The position numbers and the translations under genes are program-made. A stretch of 64,000 nt of DNA from Mobula hypostoma (taxonomy: Eukaryota). The notes under the pieces are model-generated. The model worked only from the letters and a program-made list of their open reading frames with translations, searched no databases and had not been told where the DNA came from. Shown here piece after piece: positions 13,210 through 26,584 of this stretch. Position 1 is the first letter of the stretch, and the number at the start of each line of letters is the position of its first letter. Where the stretch lies: positions 197,968,001-198,032,000 of the forward strand of contig NC_086097.1 in NCBI RefSeq assembly GCF_963921235.1, written 5' to 3'.

Positions 13210-14532
13210 TAATTCTGTTTTTCTTTCCACATGCAGCCTTTCCTGTTGTGTATTTCCAGCACTTTCTGTTTTGGAAAATTGGCCACTATAAATTGTCCCT
13301 AGTATGTAGGTGACTGGTGGGTAAGTGTACAGAATGGACAACAGGCTCTTCAACCTCAACAAGTTCATGGCCAAGAGCAGGAACAGCACAACCACTATCA
13401 TAGAGATTCAGTATGTGGATATACTTGCATACACAGCATGCTCTGACGAAGACCCCTGATGTATCATGAATTCCTTTGCCAAGGTATATAGAACCCTGGG
13501 TCTTGATCTGAATATATAAAAATATATATCCTATATCAACTACTGCCCAACCTACTATCCATCCCTCCATAAAAATTTATGATATCACCCTTGAAAATGT
13601 AGACCACTGTCCCTACCTTGGCAGCATTCTGTCCTCAAAAACAAGCATGGACTCGGATTATCTAACTACTGAGTAGTGCTAGTGGAGACTATGCAAAATT
13701 AGGGGAAAGAGTCTTTGAAGACTGTGACCTGCAGGTCCAAACAAAAGTTTTCATCTATAGAGCAGTAGTCCTTCCTACATTATTCTATGGAGCTGAATCT
13801 TGAACCTTCTACAGGAGACACCTGAAAGTCCTAGAACTATACCACCGAAGAACTTTATGAAAGAGTTTGAGGATCATCTGGAAGGATGGATGAATTAACA
13901 CCAGCATAATGGAAGAGGCAAATGTGAACAACATTTCCACCATGATAGAGGAACTCCAACTCTGATGGATAGGTCATTTCACCTGGATACCTAACTTGCA
14001 TCTCCCCAGACAGATCTTTCACTCCCTGTTGAAGGAAGGTCAGCAAGCCTCTGGTAGGCAAATGAAATGTTTGAAAGGTAACATCAAAATCTGCCTGAAA
14101 AAATTGAACATTACATCAAAAATCTGGGAAGACATTCCACTCATTCGATGCACCTGAAAGAAATCTGTTCAAAAGGGAGCTGTGCTGCATGGTAGCAGCA
14201 GCCTGTGCTGTGCCGCGGAGAACAAGCAGCAGCTGCAAAAGGAGAGAATGGACAACCAAAAGACCCAACCACTAAAGACAGCCACCACTTACTCATGGCC
14301 ACACTGCACCAGAATATCTGAATCCCAAATCAGCCTTTACAGCTACCTGAGGACCCACCAGTAGACAACTACTTAGGAGATCATCTTACTCAACTTGTGG
14401 GTGAGTGGCAGAATCTGGGTGAGTTGATGAGAACATGGTGAAACTAATGGGATTAATGAGGGATTAGTCGTGAATGCTCAGTTAGACTAGATGGGCTACC
14501 AGGACTGTTTCTGTGCTCTATCTTTCTATGAC
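13210..14532 (+). mobile_element. Old V-SINE-like element split by an RTE insertion
   Basis: AATTGGCCACTATAAATTGTCCCTAGT on the left; AATGGGATTA...GATGGGCT..GGACTGTTTCTGTGCT..TCTATGACT CR1-like tail on the right. Confidence 0.55.
13336..14396 (+). mobile_element. 5'-truncated RTE-clade LINE
   Basis: RMDNRLFNLNKFMAKSR..IIEIQYVD (RTE RT motif), YRAVVLPTLFYGAES, decayed C-terminal zinc finger PHCTRI...LRTH; flanked by imperfect repeat GTGGGT(A/G)AGTG..CAGAAT. Confidence 0.8.
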
Positions 14533-15954
14533 TCAGCTGCTTCCTGTTCTGCTGACTACCTCTGCTTTTACTCCAGTACCTTCTTAGATGCTTGCAAAAC
14601 AGAGTGCAACTGATGCTGCAGAAAGCTATTTCTCATGGCACGTATAGTCTAGGCATATATGCCCACGATAATTAAGCTGAATATGTTTTGTAGAAGAATC
14701 ACTCTGGGAAGTGAAAGGGTAAGGAAATGTGAATTTTGATATGAACTGGTATTTTCAGCTAGTCTGTCCTTTTTATGTTGTTTTCCTGTTCAATATTCCA
14801 GTTACAACTAATGAAAAATATGGGTATAATTAGCAAGTAACAATATGATTTCCAGTATAAACATTTGATGCTACATCTGTTGGCAGTTTTCTTATTGAAG
14901 GAGATAAGTATCCACTCAAAAGGGAACTGATGTAACAAGGATGTACAAAACAATTAGGGGTTATGGTGAACATTATGCTTCCTGACTATACTTTCATAAC
15001 AAAGACCACGTCGTTGTTAGACTATATTTCAAGGTTAGTGTGAAGTAGTTAGAGCTCTTATTCTGAAGGTTATTCTGATTAATTTGGAAATTATGGAATG
15101 ATTTCATACTAACTTTGCAATGCATATCTTACAAGGTGGTGGGCTTAGATGTTTGTGGGTGTTAGTAAACAACAGTTTACTGAAATTCTCCATGGTGGTG
15201 AAAAAGTCGGAACTTGCAAATGATGGGAATGTGAATCTCGCTGAATACAGGAAAAAGTGGCCAATCCACCATGAAAACAAGATTCTTGTCCATTTTGGTA
15301 TGTGGAAGAGACAGACTAGATCGCTCTTACGCCAGCCTTTAACGTTTGAAATTCTGGTCTTTAACCAGCTTGTCTGCTGCACTTGGCTCTACCAGATCCT
15401 GGAAAACTACCAATCACTCCTTAATGCCGTTTATGTCAATATACCTTAACAAAACAAATTCTTGTCCCGTCCCGGTCCCGCACCTTTCTACATCTTCCGA
15501 GCCAAACAGGTTGATTTAAAAATTGAACAGGGGCCTTGGTTTATTTCCAAATTTGTAAACCCCCTATTGTCTTTGTACAGATAACTTACAGAATTTACTG
15601 AAAGATTTACTGAAATATCCAAATATAGTTGCAGTTAATACTGTATTTTAAAAGACAACTAGACTCCTACGTAGGTTGACTAAAAAACCCAGGTATAGGG
15701 GTGTGAAATATGCTTTCAGTCGATTCCTATTCCGACGTTTAACAGCCAAATCGGATAACTCGGCTTGCTCATTAAAGCCGAACAATTGCTTTGCTCAGAC
15801 AACCCACTAGACCTTTTATCAGATCTATATTTTCTTGTGGTGGAGAGCGGTGAGCTGGTTTGACCCTTATGACTCCTGTTCTGTCTATTCCTTGAGCATC
15901 ACTCGACAAATGATTTCCCCTCAGCCTATATGGGGAAAAAAGCTTGCAACAAGC

Positions 15955-16160
15955 AAATTAGATGCTGGAACATGCCGCCGGTCGCACAGAGCCGCAAGCG
16001 CAATGCTGCAGGAACTCGTTAAGTCCGGCAGCATCAATAGAAGGGAATAGAGAGTCGACGTTTCGGGCCGAGACCCTTCATCAGAACCCGAAAGGAAGGG
16101 GTGGAGAAGTCAGAATAGGTGGTAGGGGAAGGGGAGGAATACAAGTGGCAGATGATAGTA
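15955..16160 (-). mobile_element. PLE-type repeat containing an intact minimal hammerhead
   Basis: Family sequence GATGCTGGAA...AATGCTGCAGGAACTC...GGCAGCATC followed by the ribozyme motif and a purine-rich tract. Confidence 0.8.
16052..16089 (-). ncRNA. Minimal type I hammerhead ribozyme motif
   Basis: Minus strand GGGUU CUGAUGA A GGG UCUCGG CCC GAAA CG UC GACUC: full catalytic core, 3-bp stem II, palindromic ACGU stem III, 5-bp stem I with two G-U pairs. Confidence 0.7.
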
Positions 16161-18289
16161 TTTCCAGTATTTTATGTCTTTTTCTTGGCTTCTGATTCCA
16201 GCTTTTGCGTTTTTTTCGTCTTTTTACAGCATCTTGTAACCCTTTGTTTTTCTCTGTCTATCCGCAAATCTTTCGCGTTCACTTCTGCCCTTCACTTTCA
16301 GTTAAAACCATTTTCTGAAATTTATATACTTCTCAGAAACCACTCGCCCTCTCTCCTCCTCCCGACAGCCTGACTTCCTCTCCCTCACTTGACATTAATT
16401 TGGTAATTCCAGCCCCGTGACTTTGCCACTCAAGGCTTGCTTTCCTGCTCACATTGGTTTTTTTTGGTTTATATTTCAAGGGAGAAATAATAATCTAACC
16501 TTCTTTGAAAGTGTACTCAAGCATGTAATCGCAATTCTAAGAGCAAAATTAGGGAGTAAGAAAAAAAGCGACGGAATGACATAGGTACAATTTAGCAGCA
16601 GTTTGCTTCAAATTCAGATTTAATTTACTTAATTTGCTTCCGAGCAACATTCCCCAAACCCTAGCTTCTTGCATCCACCTCTGCCCGCTGTTCTGTCTGA
16701 CTTCACGGAACAATGTTCCTACCGTGTAGATAATAAAGGCTTTGTATGATCACAAAGGTGGAAATCTCTCATCACCAGCCCCAGAGGAAGCCGTATCCGC
16801 AAAGCATCCCCAATCGCTCAGATCTCCGTTTAAGCTCGGAAGTTTTCTGTCCTCGAGGTCTGAAAAACCTTCTGCCCTTCCCGTGATTACCCTCAGCGGT
16901 TCATTTCAGTTTAAATATTAACGAGGGAAAACACCCTTTGCGCCGCAGATCTTACTTACCCTACCTCACAGTTCAAAGCAGAATACGGCTAAATGTTCAC
17001 TTGGAAAGCTTAGACTTAATTTATTTACTTTTACAAATTGGGAACTGCAAATACATGCATAAACACACACAGCTGTGTCACATTTTACACACACCAATAC
17101 ACTGCTGTTCTTGAGTCATAAACACAACTGCACTGGATTTCATGCGCATACAACACCCTTCCACCTCTTATCACTACCCCACTCCCCCATGACCTCCATG
17201 AACATGATTTGGACAGATTCACCTCTGCTAATCTCCATTATTCTTCAATTTGGTATTTAATTGTGTGATTAGTTGCCGAATTTTGCTGAATTCATCTGAA
17301 ACATTTTAAAACACCTATATAAGGAAAGCCTTTTTTTTAGATCAAAGAACGTAGACATAACTGGCAAGATTTATTTTTGGTGACCAATTGTCCTATTTAC
17401 TGAGTAATTCCAGACGACATGTAGGAGTCAAATACTTAGGTGGGCCTGGGGCACAGGTTACCCTGACAAGGGAAGAATAATATATTTCCTTCTGAGAATC
17501 TTATCAATAAGCCAGATTTCTTTTTAAACTACATTTTGGCTGCTTAATGGCTAGCATCACTTAAATTGGCTTTTCGTTCCAAGTTACTTAATACGTATTT
17601 GAATTCATTCTCTTTGGGGGTTCAAGCTAATTTCTTTTGGTAAATAATCTTAGCTTCTGAATAGTAGTTCAGTAACTTTAATGTATTGAATGTAATTGTT
17701 ACAGCAACTTTCAATTGTAATGAGTTCATTGAGAATGCTTAGGTTTAATCACTAAGCATTCTATCTATCTATATCCTTCATGTTTTACATTCAAGCACCA
17801 CTGAGAAAAGCAATGATGGTTCTTTCAAAGATTAGGAGACTGGCAATGATTCTGATAGCTGAATCACCCATTTTCAGGATTTGAACAAATGATCTGTTTC
17901 TGACATGTTCAGAAATGCATGCAATTTGAAGAAATATAGATGATCTCTTTTCTCAGGCTTTTTTATTGTCTTAATGCAGGAGTTTCCTAAATTGTGTTCT
18001 TTAAAAATTACTGATAACATTTTCTAATATTCCTGCTTTGAATTAAAGTGGCTTTAGATATGTGATTGATTTTAGGTTTATGAGAAATGCTGACCCTATC
18101 CACTCATCATCCTGGAAAATCATAATAATTTCTCAGGACACGCTGATAAAACAATACACTGAAATCTCATACAGCTGGAAAATCATTGATAAAAGGCTGT
18201 GCAGGGACACGTCAGTCCAGCAAATTTTCTTAATTGTTAAACAGTTGAACTTGATCCCTACAAAAAAATATGAAAATAATTTTTTTTTA

Positions 18290-18468
18290 ACAACCAATCT
18301 GCTGGAGAAACTTAGCATGTTGAGCCGTATCTATGAGCAGTATCTGTTGGGGAAAAGGAATTGTTGATGTTTCAGGTTGACACCCTGCATCAGGACCCAG
18401 TTGCTGAGTTCATCCAGCAGAGTGTTTGTGGCTCCAGATTCCAACATCTGCTGTTTCACGTGTCTCCA
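18290..18468. mobile_element. Old hairpin PLE-type repeat
   Basis: GATGTTTCAGGTTGACACCCTGCATCAGGAC (reverse CTGATGCA...GAAACATC) with degenerate inverted arms. Confidence 0.65.
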
Positions 18469-18937
18469 AAATAAATCTGTAGTTAGCTTGGCAGTTGTGA
18501 GGTGAGCATATATTCAGTTTGATGATCAAGCATACTTTTATCATATTCAATACAATGTTCTGACCTTTCTACGTATTGTGGAAGTTAGAGAAAAGGATAT
18601 ATCACTTTGGTTTCTTCCAAGAGGGAGATAGCTGGTAATATATTTGTCTCATTGTACGAGCATGTTACTGCATAGTGTAGTTCAGCAAGACCACATTGAA
18701 TGTTTGTTCTGATACAGCTGCAGGGAGAATTATACTATGACCTACACAAGTGGGCTGAATAGCCAATGCTTGTGCAGTTCTCTTCTACACTCTTAAAATA
18801 AATTAAGAGATGGCTTAGGGTTCTATATTTCTGTGAAACTGGAAGAAACATTAGGATATGTCTTCCCTACGATCTTGTGGCTGAACTTAATAATTAAGGA
18901 ATTCAGTAACTTGTTACAAATTAGTGGCAGCATGCGT

Positions 18938-19484
18938 TAGAATCATAGTCATAGAACACTACAACATGGAAACAGGGCCTTTGGCCCATCTAGTCAATGC
19001 CAATTTATTATGCTGCCTAGTCCCATTGACCTGCACCCAGGTCATAGTTCTTGATACCCCTCCCATTCATGTACCTACGCAAATGTTTCATCAATATTAA
19101 AATTGAACCCACATTCACCACTTCTGCTGGCAGCTCCTTCCATATTCTCACCACCCTGTGAGTGAAGAAGTTCCCCCTCATGTTCCCCTTAAATATTTCA
19201 CCTTTCACCCTTAACCCATGACCTCTAGTTCTAGTCTCACCCAAACGCAGTGGAAAAATGTATGCTTGAGTTTACCCCATTTATACCCTTCATAATCTTG
19301 TATATCTCTATCAAATCTCCTCTCTTTCTCCTACAATCCAGGGAATAATGTCCTAATCTATTCAAGCTTTCCCTATAACTCAGGTCCTCAGATTCGGGCA
19401 ACATCCTTGTAAATTTTCTCTGCACTCTTTCAATCTTATTGATATCTTTCCTGTACATAGGTGACCAGAACGGCACACAATACT
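18938..19484 (-). mobile_element. CR1 3' end (continues at 28004-28225)
   Basis: FWSPMYRKDINKIERVQRKFTRMLP, TRGHGLRV..FFTHRVV; TCTATG-type tail. Confidence 0.9.
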
Positions 19485-21061
19485 TAAAGTTCAAAGTAAA
19501 TTTATTATCAAAGTTCATTAATGTCACCATACATAACCATGAGATTCATTTTCTTGTGGGCATTCACAGTAAATACAAGAAATGGTACAGAATCAATGAA
19601 AGACCACATATAACAAGGCAGACAAACAACCAAAGTGCAAAAGACAACAAACAGTGCAAATACAAAAGGAATAAAAAAAGAAATATTGATATTAGTAGTA
19701 GTATAGACAATAATAATAGTAACAAATAAGCAACTAGTATTGAGAATATGAGGTGAAGAGTCCTTGGAAGTGAGTTCATTGGTTGTGAGAACAGATTAGT
19801 GATGGGGCGAGTGAAGTTGAGTGAAATCATCCCCTCTAGTTCAAGGGCCTGATGGTTGAGAGCTAATAACTGACCTGAACCTGGTGGTGTGGGCCCTGAG
19901 GCTCCTGTATCTTCCTGATGGCAGCAGTGAGTAGACAGCATGGCCTAGATGGTGGGGGTCGTTGATGATGGATGCTGATTTCTTGGGACAGTGCTCCCTG
20001 TAGATATGCTCAACAGTGGGGAAGGCTTTACCCATAACGGACTGGGCTGTATCCATTACTTTCTCTAGGCTTCTCCGTTCAAGGGTATTGGTGTTTCCAT
20101 ACCAGATCATGATGCAACCAGTCAGTATACTGTCCACTGTGCATCTACATAAAGAAGCTTCTTAAAGTTTTAGATGACATGCTGAATCTACACAAATGTC
20201 TAAGGAAGCAGAGGTGCTGTGTGCTTTCTTTGTAATTGCTCTTACGTACTTGGCCCAATACAGGTCCTCCAAATTAACAACCAAGGAATTTAAAGTTGCT
20301 GACCCTCTCCACCTCTGATGTTCCGCTGAGAATTGGCGCATGGACCTCCAATTTCCTCCTCCGGAATTCAATAATCAACTTCTTTGTCTTGCTGATATTG
20401 AGTAAGGGTTGTTGGAAGATCAGCCCGATCTTCAATCTCCCTCCTAAATGCTGTTTCATCACCACCTTTGATTTGGCCAAGACAGTGGTGATTTCAGCAA
20501 AGTTAAATATGGCATCGGAGCTGTACTTAGCCTCACAATCATAAGTATAAAGTGAGTAGAGCAGGGGGCTAAGCACACTGCCTTGTGGTGCACCTGTGCT
20601 GATGGAGATTGTGGAGGTAACTTTGTTGTCAATCTGAACTGACTAGGGTCTGTAAGTGAGGAAATCAAGGATCCAACTGTACAAAGGTGTATTGGGGCCA
20701 AGGTCTTGAAGCTTGTTGACTAGCTTTGAGGGGATGCCAAGCTGTAGTCAATGAAGGGCATCCTGGTGTATGCATCTTCACTGTCCATATGTTCCATGGT
20801 TGAGTGAAAAGCCAATGAAATGGAATCTGCTGTTGACCTGTTGTGTCGGTAGGCAAATTAGAGCAAATCCAAGTTGCTTCTTGGCAGGAGTTGATATATT
20901 TCATCACTAATCTTTCAAAGCATTTTATCATGGTGGATGTAAGTGCTACTGGATGATAGACACTGAGGCGGATTTACCACGTTATTTTTAGGCACTGGTA
21001 TAATTGAAGCCTGCTTGAAGCAAGTGGGTACCTCAGACTGCTGAAACGAGAAGTTAAAGAT

Positions 21062-21181
21062 TAGAACGCGAATCAGAATCAGGTTTATTATCACTGGGAT
21101 GAGTCATGAAATTTGGTAACTTAGTCGCAGCAGTACAATGATAATATAGAAAGAAAAAATTAGTAAATCAATTGTAGTAAG

Positions 21182-21228
<47 letters not shown>

Positions 21229-21980
21229 ATTAAATAGATTAAAAATAGTGCAAAACAGAAATAATATATAAAAATAGTGAGGTAATGTTCATGGGTTCAA
21301 TGTCCATTCAGGAATTGTATAGCAGAGGGGAAGAAGATGTTCCTGAATCACTGAGTGTGTGCCTTCAGGCTTCTGTGCCCCCTTCCTGATGACTACAATG
21401 AGAAGAGGACATGCCCTGGGTGATTGGTGTCCTTAATGATGGTCACTCCCTTACTGAGGCACCAATTCTCAACGATATCTTGGATACTATGGAGGCTAGT
21501 ACCGAAGATAGAGCAGACTAACTTTACAATGTTCTGTAGCTACTTTCGGGCCTGTGCAGTCACCCCCAAACCAGGCAATGATGCAGCCTGTCAGAATGCT
21601 CTCCATGGTACATTGGTAGAAGTTTTCGACTAATTTAGATGACAAACCAAATCTCTTAAAGCTCCTAATGAAATATAGCTGACGTCCTGCCTTTTGATAG
21701 CTGCATTGATATGTTGGGACCAGGTTAGATCCTCAGAGATCTTGACATCCAGGAACCTGAAGCTGCTCACTCTCTCCACTTCTGATCCCTCTATGAGCAT
21801 TGGTTCGTGTACCTTTGTCTTACCCTTCCTGAAGTCCACAATCACTCTTTCATCTTATTGACATTGAGTGCAAGTTTGTGCTGCGACACCACTGAACTAG
21901 CTGATATATCTCACTCTTTTACGCCTTTTCGTCTTCATCCAAGAACAGTCTTATCATCAGCAAATTTATAGATTGCATTT
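21062..21980 (-). mobile_element. Nested 5'-truncated Rex1/Babar copy with (TA)n at about 21187-21220
   Basis: (GATTCT)n tail; IVDFRKGKTK..VERVSSFRFL..ISEDLTWSQH. Confidence 0.8.
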
Positions 21981-23669
21981 GATATTAGTCACTTGATCAG
22001 TAGAGGTCCTTGGTACTTGTCCAGGTACCCCGTCTGGTCCCAATGCTTTCCATGGGCTCACCCTCTTGAAGCCTGCTCTCACATTGGCCTCAGAGACTGA
22101 AATCACAGGGTTATTAAGGGCTGTGGGAATTCATGAAGGTGCTTCTATACTTTGATGGTCAAAGCGAGCATAAAGGCATTGAGCTCATCTGTGAGCGTAA
22201 CCAATAACATCATAACACCATAAGATCATAAGACATAGGAGTAGAATTAGGTCATTTGGCACGTCCAGTCCGCTCCACTATTTGGTCATGGCTGATTCAT
22301 TTTCCTCTCACCCCATCCTCCTGCCTTCTCCCCGTAACCTTTCATGCCCTGACTGATCGAGAATCTATCAACCTCTGCCTTAAATCCACCCAATGATCAG
22401 GCCTGCATAGCCACCTGTGGCAATGAATTCCATAGATTCACCACTCCCTGGCTAAAGAAATTCCTCTTAATCTCCATTCTAAATGGACATCTTTCTATTC
22501 TGAGGATGTCTCTAGTCCTAGAGTCTCTCGCAATAGGAAACATCCTCTCCATATCCACTTTATCTAGGCCTTGGGACTTTTGATAGGTTTCAATGAAATC
22601 TCCTCTCATTCTTCTGAATTCCATTGAGTAGAGGCCCAGAGCCAACAAACGTTCTTCATATGACAAGCCTTTCATTCCCAGAATTATTTTCATGAACCTC
22701 CTTTGAATCCTCTCCAGTGTCAGTACATCCTTTCTTAGACAGGGGACCCAAAACTGCTCACAATACTTCAAGTGAGGCCTCAGCAGTGTCTTATTAAGCC
22801 TCAACATTATTTCCTTGTTTATATATTCTAGTCCTCCCAAAATTAATGCTAACATTTCATTTGCCTTTCTCACCACCGATGCAACATGCAGATTAACCTT
22901 GAGGGATCCCCACATGAGGACTCCCAAGTCCTTTTGCACCTCAGATTTTTGAATTGTCTCCCATTTAGAAAATAATTTACATTTTTATTCCTTCTAGCAA
23001 AATGCATGACTGTACAATGCCTGACACTGTATTCCATCTGTCACATCTTTGCCCATTCTTCTAATTTGTCCAAGTCTTTCTGCGGTTTCTCTGCTTCTTC
23101 AACATCACCTCCCTCACCATCTATCTTCTTATTGTCTGCAAACATGGCCACACATCATCAATTTTGTCATCCAAATCATTGACATACAATGTAAAAAAAT
23201 GTAGTCCGAGTGCTGACTCCTGCAGAACACGATTCATCACCAACGGTCAGTAGAAAAGGCTCCATTTATTCCCACTCTTTGCCTCCTGACAATCAGCTAA
23301 TGCCGTATCCATGCTAGGATCCTTCCTGCAATACCACGGGCTCTTGTCTTGCTAAACAGCCACATGTGAGGCATCTTGTCAAAGGCCTTCTGAAATTCCA
23401 AGTAAACAATATCTTCTGATTCTCCTTTGTCTATCCTGCTTGTTATTTCCTCAGAGCATTCCAACAGAGTTGTCAGGCAAAATTTCCCCGCACAGAAACC
23501 ATGCTGTCTTTGGCCTATTTTACCCCGTATCTCCAAGTACTCTGAAACCTCATCCTTAACAATTAACTCTTATATCTTCCCAACCACTGATTTCCTTTCT
23601 TTTGTCTCCCTCACTTCTTGACGAGTGGAGTGCCATTTTCAAATTTCCATTCCTTCAGAACCATGCCAG

Positions 23670-23977
23670 TAGAGTAGAGCTACTAGGACTTGATGTTTCA
23701 ATCCCTATGGTAAGTCAGCACTCTCGATGTTGGCAGTGGGCTTGGAGTGGTGACAAGGAGAGAGGGTGGGTACGTCATCGGGGTCATCAGGTGGGCACCC
23801 TCCTTCTTTGATGTTTCGTTGATAAGCTCACGACGTCTCCAGAGGGCTCAATGGTACTACCTGGTGTCCCAGATACACCCCCCTCAGTTCCATACCCTCC
23901 TGTCTTCATCTTGCAGCCCAGTTGTTGTCTTTCCTTTTAATCCAAATCCAATTGCTGTTTTCTTCTGCCACATTTGG
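23670..23977 (-). mobile_element. 3' end of an RLE-type (Hero-like) non-LTR element
   Basis: Minus-strand peptide NVAEENSNWIWIKRKDNNWAAR*, then a 3' UTR and (CTCTA)n tail; interrupts CR1 at a duplicated CAG. Confidence 0.55.
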
Positions 23978-26584
23978 CAGAATCTAGTGATTCTTGAAAA
24001 TTAATTGTTAATGCCTCCACAGTCTTTACAGCTACCCCTTTCAGAAACCTGAGATGTAGTCCATTCGGCCCAGCTGACTTATCTAACTGCAGACCTTTCA
24101 ACTTGCCAAGCACAATCTCTCTAGTAATAGCAACTGCACTCACTGCTGCCCCTGACCCTCTCAAACCTCTGGTGCACTGCTCGTGTCACCCATAGTAAAG
24201 ACTGATGCAAAATATTTCCTCAGTTTGTCTGCCATTTCCTTGTTCCCCATTACTACTTTTCCAGCATCATTTTCCAGGTCCGATATCTACTCTTTTTCAC
24301 TCTTTATAGGCTTAAAAAACTTTTGGTACCCTCTTTCGTATTATTGGCTATTTCAGATTCAGAATCAGAATCAGGTTTATTATCACCGGCACGTGATGTG
24401 AAATTTGTTAACTTAATGGTATCCATACTGCTGCTACTTGAGTCACTCCAAGGCACCTCTTCATATTTCATCTTTTCCTTCCTTATGGTTTTTTTTTAAT
24501 ATTGCCTTCTGTTGGTTTTTAAAAGCTTCCCAATCCTCTACTTTTCCACTAATTTTGCCCTATTATATGCTCTCTCTTTTGGTTTTATGTTGACTTTGTC
24601 TTCCCTTAATGCCTCATCCTCATTTTAGAATATTTCTTCTTTTTTGGGATGTATCTATTCTGCGCCTTCTGAATTGCTCCCAGAAACTTCAGCCATTGCT
24701 GCTCAGCTGTCATCCCCTGCTGGTGTTCCTTTCCAATTGAGTTTGGATAGCTCCTCTCTGTAATAATGAATCATCTGAATTTAGCTTCTCCCTCTCAAAT
24801 TCCTTTATATATTAGGAATACTGTCTCCTAAGAGTTCCCGTCCCTGAAGCTCCCTAATCAAATCCAGTTCGTTATGCAACACCCAAATCAGAATAGCTGA
24901 TCCCCCTAGTGGGCTCAACCAAAAGTTGCTCTAAAAAGCTACTTTGTAGGCTTTCTACAATCTAAAATCAACACCAACCTGATTTTCCCAATCCACCTGT
25001 ATATAGAAATCCCCCATGACTATTGTGATATTGCCATTTTGACATGCATTTTCTATATCTCATTGTAATTTGAAGACTAGATCCTGGCTACTGTTCAGAG
25101 GCTTGTATGTAACACCCATCAGGATATTTTTATGTTTGCAGTTCCTTAATTCTATGCATAACGATTCTACGTCTACCGATCATTAGTCACACCACCCCCT
25201 CTGCCTACCTGCCTGTCCTTTTGATACAGTGTGTATCCTTCTTGGAATCTTCTTTCAGCCGCAACATCATATTTGGCAATCTCTAACTGTGCTACAAGAT
25301 CATTTACCTTATTCCATATGCTGCATGCATTCAAATGTGACACCTTCGTTTCTGAATTTGTCACCCTTTGCGATTTTGTCACCCTGTTACACTGCAGCTC
25401 ATCCCAATGACTACAATTTTGCTCCGATATCTGCCTGTCTTTCCTATGTCTGGCTTCACATGGTCTCTGCTTGTATACCAATTGCTCCAAATTCAGCCCC
25501 GCCACTCAGTTTCGCACCCCCTGCCAAATTAGTTTACACCCTCCCCAACAGTTCTAGCCAACCTGCCCTCAAGGATGTCGGTCCCCCGTGGGTTCAGATG
25601 TATGCTGTTGCTTTTGTACAGGTTATACCTTTTCCAGAAGAGATCCCAGTGATCCAGAAATCTGAAACCCTGCCTCCTGCACAGTTCCTCAGCCAAGCAT
25701 TCATCCTGCCAAATTATCCTGTTCTTACTCTCACTGGCATGTGGCACAGTCAGCAATCCAGAGATTACCATTTTGGTGGTAATGCTGTTCAGCTTTCTAC
25801 CTAGCTCCCTAAATTCTCCCTTCAGGACCTCCTCCCTTTGTCATTGGTGCCAATATGTACCAAGATTATTGGCTGCTCACCTTCCCCCTTTAGAATGCTG
25901 TGGAAATGATCCAACATGTCCCTGACCCTGGCACCTGGGAGGCAACATATCATCCTGGTGTCTCTGTCGTGCCAACAGAATCTAGTGTCTACTCTTCAAA
26001 CTATGGGTCCCCGTCACTACTTCAGTCCTCTTCTCCCCCCTTCCCTTCTGAGCCACAGCACTAGACCTCATGCCTGGGACTTGGTTGTTGCAGCTCCTCT
26101 GGTAAGATCATCCCCCCAACAGTGTGCAGAGTGGTATACTTATTATCGACTGGACCTGCCACCAACCTACTCTGCACTGGCTGCCCATTTCTTTTCCCTC
26201 TCCTGATGCCCTCCACCAGCAACTTAGTGGTGACTACCTCCCTATAGCTCCTCTCTATCACCTCCGCAGCTTTACGTATGAGCCGAAGGTCATCGAACCA
26301 CACTTGAAACCTGCACCTGGTGTAGATGTGGTTATTCGGGAGGCTGGAGGTCTCCCAGAATTCCCACATCTCATTCAAAGAACAGGCCACAGCATCTCAG
26401 CTGCTGGAGCCACCTCACTGCTCTATGTACTCACAGCCAAAGAATGACAATGAAGAAGATACTTAACTTGCCCAAGGGTGTTGAGACAAAACCTCCCCAC
26501 TCTAACACATGTCCGCTTCAACAATGGCTGTTCTGTTTGTCCCTACCTTATTTTTGTTTGCCCTTGCTAACAAATTGTTATTTG

